DNA of 64,000 bases from Spirulina sp. GTDB lineage: Bacteria > Cyanobacteriota > Cyanobacteriia > Phormidesmidales > Phormidesmidaceae. The notes beneath the pieces were generated by a model that was not told the origin of the DNA, did not search any database, and was given only the letters and a program-made list of their open reading frames with translations. The stretch spans positions 32,001 to 96,000 of the forward strand of contig JBIPSI010000001.1 of the NCBI GenBank assembly GCA_044070495.1. Reading direction: 5' to 3'. The position numbers and the translations under genes were made by a program. Of the stretch, positions 1 to 9,091 are shown piece by piece; within the stretch, counting starts at the first letter, position 1; the number at the start of each line of letters is the position of its first letter.

Positions 1-2878
1 GGAGCATCCAGGCGGTGGCCCCTTGCCGCAGAAAACATTCGGTGATGCTGTTGCTGGCCACCCTAGGCAACACCGTGCGCCAGCTCACCAGCCCTCGTCC
101 CAGGGTTTTGAGGGGATCGTCTTCTAGGGTGCTGCCCAGAGCGGCGGCTTCGGTGGCCCAATCGGCGCGGGCACTGCCCCAGGGCATCAGGTGATGGCGC
201 AGGTCTTTCCCTAGGTGCTCTAGTTGTTGAAGATTCTGGGCGAGGTCGGGGTTTTGCCGCATCCAGGCGTTGAGGTCGGCCTGGGAGTAATCCGCATTGG
301 AGCGTACGGAGCGGGCCATCTGTTGCAGGGCGGCATAGAGGCTTTGGTTGGAGTCTTGGGCGCAGTTGTTGGCGGGGCCGACGTAGGTGCCACCACTGCC
401 GTCGCCGATGCGATAGCGGGCGGCCATCACCTCTAGCTGGCGAATTAGGACATCTAAGGGGGATGGCTCTTGGCCTGCGGTCACCGGATAATGGCGGGTG
501 AAGGGGGGAAAGTGAATCAGCGTATCGGCCACGGGGCGCAGGCCAATCCAGCCAAACTGGCGATCCCCCATGTAGCGCGACCAGTGCATGGTTCCGGCGG
601 TTAGCCCATCCGGGTTTTGGGTGTAGATCTGGTGATAGACGATGTCAAACCGCAGCTCGTCGGTGAGCGGCTCCTTCACAACGGTGGCCACGCCAAAGGA
701 GAAATGCCCAAAGTAAACTGGCCCCTGGGCGGCGGGTTCAATCTGGTGGCCACCGATGCCGCCGTAAACGTGAACCAGCAGGGCGCGGGTGCCCTCGTTC
801 CAGACCGGCTGGTGGGAGCGATAGGCCAACTGCACCGAGCTAATCCGGCCCTTTTGCGCGGCCAAGTCTCCCCAGGCGGTTTGCTTTAGGTAGGTTTTGA
901 CGGGTTTTCGTCCAACGATCTCCTGATCGGGCTGGAGCTGGAACAGGGCACGGGGAGCCACCGCCCGCACCACAAACGGATCGGCTCCACCCATGGCATC
1001 ACGGCCCATCGCGCCATAGATGTACCAGCCCGTTTCGTTCAGGGGCGACCGCTCAATCCCTCCATTGGTGAAGGGGGCGGTGCCGTTGCCATTGGCCACC
1101 ACCTGGGGCAACCACACCGCTTCCTGAATGCCATCAAATTGGCCGCTAACTTTATTGAAATGAACGACCTGGAACTGTTCAGGATCATCCCCTCGCGCTT
1201 CGTCGGGATCGATCCCCGCCACTGGCCCTAGAAATTTCACCAGGCCATAGTACAGCCCAGTGATTTGAATCGGTTCGTGGGCAATACGCAGGGTCAGCGG
1301 GTAGTGGGAGGACAGGGGAGCGCGGTTGGAGGGTTCCACCTGCACCGGATCGGGCAGGGCCACGATCATGTCGTCGTTGGGATGTGCCCCGGCCAAGGAT
1401 TCCAGGGGATTCACCCGTTGCCAGTGGTTGAGACGGGTGGGATAAACCCCGCCCTGCTGACTTTTGTAGGTGGCCTGGGGGCTGAAGTGGACATCCTTCG
1501 TCACCTGCTGCAAATAGGTCTGCACCTGGGGTTCCTCGCTCCAGCCCAAGCTGACCACGGTGCCGATCAGGTGGGCGTATTTTTCGGGGGCGTGGTGAAC
1601 CTCAAAGGGAACGGTCTGGGGCTGGCGCTGATCGGGCTGAGGCAGCAGCAAACGGCCCATCCAGGGGGCCATGGGACGGTAGCGATCTAGGGGCAACGCC
1701 GCCCGCACCGGGTAGCCCTCGGCTCGGTTAAAGGGAGCCTGTCGATAGCGTTCCAGCGTGCTCGGCAGGGGAATGGGTTGCCGTTCTTTGAGGGGGGCCG
1801 TGCCCTGGAGAATCTCCGCCACCCACTGCACGGTCTGCTGCAACGCCGTTCGACCATCGGGCAACACCCGCTCAGGATCCATCACCCCACCAGGGACTTC
1901 GTGCCCCACTGGCCCCAGATTGATCAGGCTCACCTTCCCCAGCCGCTTACTACGGTTCCAGTAGGACAGCGCCATCAACTTCCAACGCTTTGGGAAAAAG
2001 ATCGGGCCGAGCCGTTCGATTTTGTCTTGGTCGCCCACCAGATGGTAGATATGCTCCAGTTTGAGGATGTTGTTGTTGCCGCTAAACACCCCCGCAATGG
2101 AGATTAAATCAATCGGAGCGGGCAGAGCCTCTTTTAGATAGGGAACCGCCCCCATGGAAATTTGACCGCCGCCGCTAAACCCAATCAGGGTAATGGGCAC
2201 CCCACCGTGGGGCGGGTAGCCGTGGTTGATTAGGCTGTTGTAAATCACCTGGGCCGTACCTCGGTTGTAGATCGGGCCATAGCGCTGATCCGCCGAGATC
2301 CAGACCACAAAAATATTGCGTAGGTTAATTAAAAAGGCTAACAATCCACCCGTTTGACTGGTTTTCTTTTGATTTGCCCAGTTCCAAAACCACGAAAAAG
2401 GTCGATCTTTGCTAGTAAGAGATCGATTCATAGGAGAGTAGGGCATTAATCCCCGAATGATTTGAATATTGTTGGGCAACGTCTGATCTAACTCATCTAA
2501 GAACTGCTCAACATCTGGCAAGTAATCAAAGGTAGATTGACCAATGCCATCCAGATAGACGACGTAGTGAGAAATATCTGTACCGACCGAAATTTCTCCT
2601 TGCAATGAACCCAGATTTTCCGTCGTAGCCTGCACCGGATCGCCATACCAACCCGCCCACCAGCCCAGGGTTTCTAGCGGCATCAATAGAATTGTAACGA
2701 TGAGGGCAATGAGTCCCATCCCCACCAGGTTGATGATGAGCTTAGCCGTCACCGTCATCGTCGCAAAAGCCGCCTGCACTAGGGGAATTACAAGCGGCAA
2801 AAACAGCGTTAGGAGCAATACCCCTAGAGCCAGGATCAATATTTTTTTAAAGCGACGGGACGACAACAAAGACATCAT
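1..2878 (-). CDS. Large membrane-anchored protein, cyanobacterial 'CAAX protease/abortive infection'-annotated family: alpha/beta-hydrolase domain plus His/Cys domain; 3' end lies outside the window
   Basis: Not in ORF track. Manual translation is open from ATG 2878 (overlapping the upstream TGA) to base 1: MMSLLSSRRFKKILILALG...PLETLGWWAGWYGD...YVVYLDGIGQ...LIGFSGGGQ...VHVYGGIGG...YFGHFSFG...RYRIGDGSGGTYVGPANNCAQDSNQ. Confidence 0.85.
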   Translation of the reverse strand, partial: MMSLLSSRRFKKILILALGVLLLTLFLPLVIPLVQAAFATMTVTAKLIINLVGMGLIALIVTILLMPLETLGWWAGWYGDPVQATTENLGSLQGEISVGTDISHYVVYLDGIGQSTFDYLPDVEQFLDELDQTLPNNIQIIRGLMPYSPMNRSLTSKDRPFSWFWNWANQKKTSQTGGLLAFLINLRNIFVVWISADQRYGPIYNRGTAQVIYNSLINHGYPPHGGVPITLIGFSGGGQISMGAVPYLKEALPAPIDLISIAGVFSGNNNILKLEHIYHLVGDQDKIERLGPIFFPKRWKLMALSYWNRSKRLGKVSLINLGPVGHEVPGGVMDPERVLPDGRTALQQTVQWVAEILQGTAPLKERQPIPLPSTLERYRQAPFNRAEGYPVRAALPLDRYRPMAPWMGRLLLPQPDQRQPQTVPFEVHHAPEKYAHLIGTVVSLGWSEEPQVQTYLQQVTKDVHFSPQATYKSQQGGVYPTRLNHWQRVNPLESLAGAHPNDDMIVALPDPVQVEPSNRAPLSSHYPLTLRIAHEPIQITGLYYGLVKFLGPVAGIDPDEARGDDPEQFQVVHFNKVSGQFDGIQEAVWLPQVVANGNGTAPFTNGGIERSPLNETGWYIYGAMGRDAMGGADPFVVRAVAPRALFQLQPDQEIVGRKPVKTYLKQTAWGDLAAQKGRISSVQLAYRSHQPVWNEGTRALLVHVYGGIGGHQIEPAAQGPVYFGHFSFGVATVVKEPLTDELRFDIVYHQIYTQNPDGLTAGTMHWSRYMGDRQFGWIGLRPVADTLIHFPPFTRHYPVTAGQEPSPLDVLIRQLEVMAARYRIGDGSGGTYVGPANNCAQDSNQSLYAALQQMARSVRSNADYSQADLNAWMRQNPDLAQNLQQLEHLGKDLRHHLMPWGSARADWATEAAALGSTLEDDPLKTLGRGLVSWRTVLPRVASNSITECFLRQGATAWML

Positions 2879-3528
2879 TTACCCTGATAGTGAGAATCGC
2901 GCTTAAGGCCCGTTTCTAATAGTGTTTCGATACCCTGAAGATCCGTAACGAGAGAAGTGCCCGCTGTGGTATTGGATAGCCAAGTTCCTAAGGCTCTGAT
3001 CGGACGTCCGAGGGTACGCTGCAAGATCTGGAGGAATATCCAGCCTAATAAACCGCTCATAAAAGACGGCCAAAGTCCTAGACCTGTGGACACACTAAAT
3101 CCCTGGACAAACACTAGCAGCACCCATAGAGCTAGGAAAATCTGAATGGGTACACCAAAGTAGGGCGAAGCAATTAAAAAGCTCAGCAATTGTGGAGCCG
3201 TTGCTAATCCTACGGTGTGGTAGACCAGTCGCAGATCAAGATCTTGTTGAAAAATGACTTGGCTAACAAACAAAGTGCTGGCAATCCAGAAGCCATAGCT
3301 AAAGACAAATAGAATGGCTCCTAGGCAAAGACTGAGGAAAAAACGAATCGGTTTAACGCGATTGATAAATAGAATTAGCCCCTGACCAACGGACTGAGAA
3401 AATCCTGCCAAGAGCAACACTTGAATAGCAATTTGATTGGCATTGGGCAGATCAGCCATGGCCTGAAACGATTCAGGATTAAATAACATCGCTCCCTTGA
3501 CCAAGGGCCAAAATTCAGTAGATGCCAT
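2875..3528 (-). CDS. Yip1-like multi-pass membrane protein
   Basis: 217 aa, about 5 hydrophobic segments, AGFSQSVGQGLILFINRVKP motif; stop overlaps the next start (ATGA). Confidence 0.75.
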   Translation of the reverse strand: MASTEFWPLVKGAMLFNPESFQAMADLPNANQIAIQVLLLAGFSQSVGQGLILFINRVKPIRFFLSLCLGAILFVFSYGFWIASTLFVSQVIFQQDLDLRLVYHTVGLATAPQLLSFLIASPYFGVPIQIFLALWVLLVFVQGFSVSTGLGLWPSFMSGLLGWIFLQILQRTLGRPIRALGTWLSNTTAGTSLVTDLQGIETLLETGLKRDSHYQGK

Positions 3529-3532
3529 CGCT

Positions 3533-4525
3533 TTAGCCTAGAAGTTGCTGAACTTTAGATAAGAATCGCCACGCAATTAAAAGCTGAGAGAAGTAGGTCG
3601 CGGATACTTTCTCATAGCTTTCTTGGGGTACGGCCTCTTGCAAGGGAATACCCGTGTGGTTAACAATGTATTCTTCTAATTCGCTAATGGTTTGAGGGGC
3701 AAGACTACCATCAATGTGAACCGCAATGGCCGTTCTTCCCCAATAGCGAAAGGGTACAGCGGCCAGCAGGAATGCAGGTTTATCCAGCTCCAGCATAGCG
3801 GCCAAATCTAAGGGGATCGATAGACTAGGCAAAGGGGTAGGGGTTGGTTCGAGGATGAGATTAACCCGGTAGCCTTTGGTATTTTGAGTATCGGCAAAGC
3901 GGGTAGGTAGGAGATCATCCAACTGGCTATGGCCTACTTGAATCACCACATTAGCGTCAATTTTTTGGACATCAATCCACCTCACAAAAGCCGCTTCCCG
4001 TTGCAGCATTTCCTGTTCTAAGGCCTCGGCTTTGTGGCCCCGCTTTTTCACATCGCGCTCCCACTTCCAGGCCCATTTCACCTGTCGGTCAGGATCGACA
4101 TACAGACTAAAGTCTAGAAACGGCAGAAATTGGGGATACAGAACATGCAGTCCTTCCACGACGATAATTGGAGTTGGCGGAAAGACCTCTGGTGGATCCA
4201 ACTGTCCAGTACCGTGATTATAAATGGGAACGTCTATCGTCTTTCCCTGTTTGAGATCGGCTAGGTGTTGAGCTAGCAGGTCTAGATAGTTGGCCTCTGG
4301 ATCGAGGGGAAGTCTACCACTCTTCTGGCGCTGCTCTCGATCTTCCTTGTGGTAGCCATCGGTGCAAATGGTTGATACAAGATCTTCCCCAATTAGCCGC
4401 CGAATACCGTTACTAAAGGTAGTTTTGCCGCTGCCACTATCACCCGCTACACCAACGATAATAGGCGTTTTTAGATTTTTTAAGGAATCCCGAAGGGTAG
4501 GGTGATTGATCTGGTGTGAGGTCAT
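3533..4525 (-). CDS. Phosphoribulokinase/uridine kinase family protein, resembling archaeal-type PRK
   Basis: Walker A GVAGDSGSGKTT, DGYH, P.AN, VVEGLH, KWERDVKKRGH motifs of the PRK/UK family. Confidence 0.85.
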   Translation of the reverse strand: MTSHQINHPTLRDSLKNLKTPIIVGVAGDSGSGKTTFSNGIRRLIGEDLVSTICTDGYHKEDREQRQKSGRLPLDPEANYLDLLAQHLADLKQGKTIDVPIYNHGTGQLDPPEVFPPTPIIVVEGLHVLYPQFLPFLDFSLYVDPDRQVKWAWKWERDVKKRGHKAEALEQEMLQREAAFVRWIDVQKIDANVVIQVGHSQLDDLLPTRFADTQNTKGYRVNLILEPTPTPLPSLSIPLDLAAMLELDKPAFLLAAVPFRYWGRTAIAVHIDGSLAPQTISELEEYIVNHTGIPLQEAVPQESYEKVSATYFSQLLIAWRFLSKVQQLLG

Positions 4526-4553
4526 AAACAGTTTCCCTGATGGCTGAATGTGG

Positions 4554-6623
4554 TTAGAAAAACATAAAGAGTGATAGTTGCAGCGTTACCCAAGGACTAG
4601 TAGATTGGTTGACGGCCCCACGAATAGCGCTGCCAGGAAAGGCCACAGAACCGACCCCTTGAAGCATAAAGTTTTGGGATAGAAAATAGCGACTGGTTAG
4701 CAAAAATTCTTGACCGATGTAGCGTGACCCAAGATTGGCCAGGGCTGGATTGCCGCCCAGATTATTCAGTTGGTCGGCAAAGCGGTAGTAGTAATCCAGC
4801 GAAATTGAGAGGTCTGGACTAGGCTGGGCGCTGAGGGTGATGCGGTGGGAAAAGCTGTTGCTGTTGGGATAGAGCTTGCCCAGGCTAATGCCCTGCAGCC
4901 AGTCCGATAATCCTCCGGCTTGGAGAGGGTCGAACCGTTCGTAGGTGGCGGTGTTGGGGTTATCGCCGCTAAATCCGGCAAAGCGGTAACTGAGGGTGGG
5001 ACGCCAGGACACATTTTCGGCGGTGTAGCCTAGCCAGAGGGATCCACCCTGAGCAGCCATCGCTTGCTGGGCGCTGAATTGGTAGGCGTATTCCCCTTCG
5101 GCCCACAGCCCCGGTACACCAAAGAGGGTGGACTGGCGGATGCGGGGGTTGATCACCTGCAAACCGTCGCGGGTGAAGCGGTCGCCGTTGGGCAACAGGT
5201 AGGCCCGGTTGGATTGGGGCACGGTGATGTAGGACAGCACCGCCTCTAGCCCCTGGTTGTTGTGGTAGGCGAGGCTGGTGCCGAGGTATTGGGTGCCGCT
5301 GTCGGCGATGGGCAGTTCGTCCGGTTCTAAAAAGAAGCCTTGCAGCCGAAAATCGCCCCAGCGCAGGTTGGCTAGCACGGTCATATCGTAGGCGGTGCGC
5401 GGGTTAGAGTAGCTGGCCCCTCGCTCTAGGGCATTGGCCGAACCGCTGAACTGGGAAAACAAAAAGCCCTGATTCAACTGAAAAATTTGCCGTCCTGCTG
5501 ATAGGTTAAACGACAAAGGACGCCCTGGTTCTGCCAAAAGTATGCCGCCATAGAAGTCTTCCACACCGCCATAAAAACGGTTGTCGGTGCGGAAAATGTC
5601 GGGTTGCAGGGTGCCAGATAGCGTGTAGGAGGCCGCCCCATAGAGGTAGGCTGGGTGGTCTCCTAGTTGAGTAATACCTGCTATTCCGGGTTCTAAATAA
5701 GCCTCACCCCACGCCACGGTTTCGGTAGGGCGGTAGGGGCCAGCTACAAAATCTTCCGCCGCCCCAAACCAGGGATTGCTATCGCTAAATACCCCCAAGC
5801 CACCGTTCAAAATAAATTTTACGAGGGCGCGATCATCCTGATACAGGGTGGGAAAATCCTGAAAATTGCCGCTTGCCAGAATCCCGGTGGGTGGAGCAAC
5901 GGCGTCTTCAGCATCTTCCGGTTGCAGCGTAATCAGCAAGGCCAAAATAACCGCTCGTCCCGGACGACTCGACTCATATAGCCGATATTCCGCCGCCTGA
6001 ACAAAGGGGAGTTGTTGCACTTGGCGCAAGCTTTGATCGGCAAAGAGAGTGCTAAAGTTTGACCCTACCTGCAATCCAAAGGTCTCGGCGATTTGTTCTT
6101 GCAAAACGGTGTTTTGGTCGGGATCACCTGTGGGGTTGCGGAGGTGAACATACACCTGCTCTAGAGGCAAGCCTTCGCCAAAACGGGGAGGAATCCGCAG
6201 GCCCACGTTGGGATCAACGGTGCTGAGGGGATCCGGTAGGGGCTGGGTTTCGTCGGTGAGGGGGAGGGTCGCCGCCGATTCTGAGGTGGGTGGATCGGCG
6301 GTTAAGATGACATCCTGATGGGGGATGGCTGATTCGGTGGTAGGGCGAGGAGACCTCGCCCCTACGGGTGGGTGGAGTGAGGATTGGGGGTATGAAAAGT
6401 AGGTGGGATCAAACGGTGGAGCTAAGTCTGTAGCGGCGGCGGTGGGCTGAGGGTGATCTGGAGTGGTGATGGTGGTTGCCGTTCCGGTGGCGGTGGCGGC
6501 TTCGGTTGTAATCCTTGCGGTTGAAGCCTGGGCAGCGCTGGGGGAAACCAACGCTAGACTCGCCAAGATAGAGATCGAAATCTCTCGCCAAAACCCACCA
6601 TATCCACTGCAAAGATTCGCCAT
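4554..6623 (-). CDS. Outer-membrane beta-barrel, alginate export (AlgE-like) family
   Basis: Signal peptide ending in AQA, Pro/Thr linker, amphipathic beta strands, AGRQ and SGD..T..YERFDPL motifs, C-terminal Phe; start uncertain (6623 or 6659). Confidence 0.7.
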   Translation of the reverse strand: MANLCSGYGGFWREISISILASLALVSPSAAQASTARITTEAATATGTATTITTPDHPQPTAAATDLAPPFDPTYFSYPQSSLHPPVGARSPRPTTESAIPHQDVILTADPPTSESAATLPLTDETQPLPDPLSTVDPNVGLRIPPRFGEGLPLEQVYVHLRNPTGDPDQNTVLQEQIAETFGLQVGSNFSTLFADQSLRQVQQLPFVQAAEYRLYESSRPGRAVILALLITLQPEDAEDAVAPPTGILASGNFQDFPTLYQDDRALVKFILNGGLGVFSDSNPWFGAAEDFVAGPYRPTETVAWGEAYLEPGIAGITQLGDHPAYLYGAASYTLSGTLQPDIFRTDNRFYGGVEDFYGGILLAEPGRPLSFNLSAGRQIFQLNQGFLFSQFSGSANALERGASYSNPRTAYDMTVLANLRWGDFRLQGFFLEPDELPIADSGTQYLGTSLAYHNNQGLEAVLSYITVPQSNRAYLLPNGDRFTRDGLQVINPRIRQSTLFGVPGLWAEGEYAYQFSAQQAMAAQGGSLWLGYTAENVSWRPTLSYRFAGFSGDNPNTATYERFDPLQAGGLSDWLQGISLGKLYPNSNSFSHRITLSAQPSPDLSISLDYYYRFADQLNNLGGNPALANLGSRYIGQEFLLTSRYFLSQNFMLQGVGSVAFPGSAIRGAVNQSTSPWVTLQLSLFMFF

Positions 6624-6798
6624 CACACCACAGATCACACACCGCAGATCACAGAGCAACCATCCGGGAAATGAGAACCCATCCGAACCAGGAAACCCCT
6701 GATTCTCACCATGGCAAACGGTAGGGGAGAGGTTTCCTCAACCATCCATACAAGGGGTAAACAGGTCGGCTCGATGATGATCATTTCCCGGCAGGAGC

Positions 6799-7593
6799 CT
6801 ATTCTGGCTTGAGGCGGATGCGCTTGCCGCCACCGGAGACTTGCAGGGTTTGGCCGCTCACCCAAGACCCCGCTGGAGAGGCCAACCACAGGAAGGCATT
6901 GGCGATGTCTTGGGGTTTTCCGGCCCGCCCGGTCAGGTTATCGGGGTGGGCGAGGGCATACTGAGCCGCTTCGTCCAACCCCGCCGCCGCATAGCCCTCG
7001 GTGATGACGGTGCCAATCAGCACGGTGTTAATCCGCACCTGCTTAGCAAAGTAGTGGGCCAGACCCAGCATCATGTGATTCAGGGCGGCTTTGGCGGCAG
7101 AATAGGCAATAAAATCAAAGGCTGGCACGGTTCCCACCAAAGAACCGGAGTTGGTAATGGTGGCATTGGTGGCCTGCAACAGGTAGGGGCGGCAAGCCGA
7201 GGTCATCCGCATGGCCGAAAGGGTGTTGAGTTTGTAGCTCTCGATCATGTCCTCTAGGGGAACCTCCAGGGGATCATCGTAGGCGCGGCCCCAGCCCACG
7301 TTATTGACCAGGGTAGACACGCCGCCAAAGGCTTCAACGGTTTTGGCCACACAGTTTTGGACATCCTCCTCCACCGTGACGTTGCAGCCGATGCCGATTA
7401 CGTCATTGCCCGTTTCGGCCTGAATCGCCGCCGCCGTAGCCTGGGCTTTTTCGCCATTAAGGTCAGCAATCATCACCTTAGCGCCAGCCCCCGAAAAGGT
7501 TTTGGCAATGGCTTCCCCAATATTTTGGGCACCGCCCGTTACAATGGCGACTTGGCCATCCATGCGAAAGTCTGCAAATGCATCAAACGTCAT
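6799..7593 (-). CDS. SDR family oxidoreductase (HSDH-like)
   Basis: TGGAQNIG, NNVG, YSAAK catalytic motif; AGGAGA RBS. Confidence 0.9.
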   Translation of the reverse strand: MTFDAFADFRMDGQVAIVTGGAQNIGEAIAKTFSGAGAKVMIADLNGEKAQATAAAIQAETGNDVIGIGCNVTVEEDVQNCVAKTVEAFGGVSTLVNNVGWGRAYDDPLEVPLEDMIESYKLNTLSAMRMTSACRPYLLQATNATITNSGSLVGTVPAFDFIAYSAAKAALNHMMLGLAHYFAKQVRINTVLIGTVITEGYAAAGLDEAAQYALAHPDNLTGRAGKPQDIANAFLWLASPAGSWVSGQTLQVSGGGKRIRLKPE

Positions 7594-7609
7594 AGGGTCT
7601 CCTTAGCAA

Positions 7610-7640
7610 AATTCAAGACTCAAAATTCAAAACTCAAAAG
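7610..7640. repeat. Short heptamer tandem repeat (AAAATTC/AAAACTC)
   Basis: aaaattcaagactcaaaattcaaaactcaaaa between the two SDR genes. Confidence 0.6.
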
Positions 7641-7642
7641 GG

Positions 7643-8410
7643 CTAGTCAAGTTCTTGCAGACCGCCACCGCTGACGGTAAGGACTTGTCCGCTCACCCAG
7701 CTTGAGGCTGGAGAACAGAGGAAAAGTGCGGCGTAGGCAATATCGTTGGGTTCCCCCAATCGGGCTAGGGGGGTATTTTTGAGCATGGCTTTTTCGATGT
7801 CTGGAGTAAGCACCGTAGCCAAAGCATCGGTTTTAATGGCTCCAGGGGCAATGGCATTCACCCGAATATTTTTGGGGCCAAGATCAAAGGCAATATTGCG
7901 GGTCAGGTGGCTTTCTGCGGCCTTGGAAGAACTGTAGGAAGCCATGTTTTTGTTTTTGTTATCTCCTGCCATGGAGGAGATATTGATGATGGCTCCACCG
8001 CCAGCAGCTTCCATGTGGGGAGCACAGAGTTGGCAGAGATGAAACACCGAAAACACATTCAGTTTATAGGCCCAAATGAAGGTGTCCATCGGCATGTCAA
8101 AGGGCTTTGGCCCACCGCCCCCGGCATTGTTAATGAGAATGGTGATTTTGCCAAAGGCGTTGATGGCAGACTGCACCAAATTAGCTAGGGCGTCATCGTT
8201 GGTGACATCGCAGGCGACGGCAATGGCTTTGCCTCCCGATTGGTTAATGCCATCGGCCACCACAGCGGCAGTTTCTTCCTTGAGATCACTTACCACCACC
8301 GCTGCACCTGCCTGGGCGAAAAGTTCGGCAATGCCGCGACCAATCCCTGCACCACCCCCGGTCACGATGGCAACTTGGCCATCCAATTTAAAAGCATCTA
8401 ACACAGTCAT
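7643..8410 (-). CDS. hdhA: 7-alpha-hydroxysteroid dehydrogenase (SDR)
   Basis: NNAGGGGPKPFDMPM, SYSSSKAA, LFLCSPASSWVSGQVLTVSGGGLQELD closely match E. coli HdhA as recalled; ATG 8410 with AGGAGA RBS. Confidence 0.85.
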   Translation of the reverse strand: MTVLDAFKLDGQVAIVTGGGAGIGRGIAELFAQAGAAVVVSDLKEETAAVVADGINQSGGKAIAVACDVTNDDALANLVQSAINAFGKITILINNAGGGGPKPFDMPMDTFIWAYKLNVFSVFHLCQLCAPHMEAAGGGAIINISSMAGDNKNKNMASYSSSKAAESHLTRNIAFDLGPKNIRVNAIAPGAIKTDALATVLTPDIEKAMLKNTPLARLGEPNDIAYAALFLCSPASSWVSGQVLTVSGGGLQELD

Positions 8411-8462
8411 GGTTGCATAGTCTCCTAGATCGGTTAAGCGTGGAATTTTTATCGAAGACACT

Positions 8463-8957
8463 CTACTCAGGGCGCAACATATCTCGCATGACGGCGGCAT
8501 TGATAAACCAAGCCGCGATTCCAGCAATGAGGCCCAAAATGATCGCTCCCACGATGGGCGTTACCATTACCGTGCCTACGAACTTTTGGACAAAGAGTGC
8601 GACTAGGGCAGCGGTACCAAAGGCAAAGAGTGAGTAGAACAGAATGGTTCGCACACCAAAGAAGAAAAACGGTCGATTCAGCAACTCTGGAGAGGCAAGC
8701 TGAAGCTCTTTGGCTTTCTTACCAAAGGTAAAAAATGCGATGCCTCCTAGAATGACCGACAATAAAAAGGCTGTCATTACCCCGGTGGAAAAAATGGTTT
8801 TCTCATGGGCAGATATGGTATCAACCGTCAACGGCACCACATCTTGACCGCGAAACATAAACCAGCCGATTACGCCATTGATTACCGCGTTGATAACGCC
8901 ACTGATGATCGCATCTTTTTGAATGCAATCTCTGGCATTGTGAGACGCAAAAGTCAT
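8463..8957 (-). CDS. Hypothetical 4-TM membrane protein
   Basis: 164 aa, four hydrophobic segments, first gene of the cluster. Confidence 0.75.
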   Translation of the reverse strand: MTFASHNARDCIQKDAIISGVINAVINGVIGWFMFRGQDVVPLTVDTISAHEKTIFSTGVMTAFLLSVILGGIAFFTFGKKAKELQLASPELLNRPFFFFGVRTILFYSLFAFGTAALVALFVQKFVGTVMVTPIVGAIILGLIAGIAAWFINAAVMRDMLRPE

Positions 8958-9015
8958 AGATTTTCCTTTGGGAATCGGTCTTTTCTAACATTCCCAGGCA
9001 AGCATGGCATCAAAA

Positions 9016-9032
9016 GGTGAAAAATTTGTGTA
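9016..9032 (-). promoter_or_regulatory. Putative OmpR-type direct repeat in divergent promoter
   Basis: Minus strand TACACA-aattt-TTCACC (11-bp period), followed about 10 nt later by CATGCT. Confidence 0.35.
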
Positions 9033-9091
9033 ATATGAAAAAGTATTGACCCTAAACTTTTTTGGCCTGCGACAAATCGATGTGAAGTTCT

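Noticed and set aside
224..2906. Plus-strand ORFs in the track over 1-2900
   Set aside because: Antisense shadows of the long minus-strand CDS 1-2878
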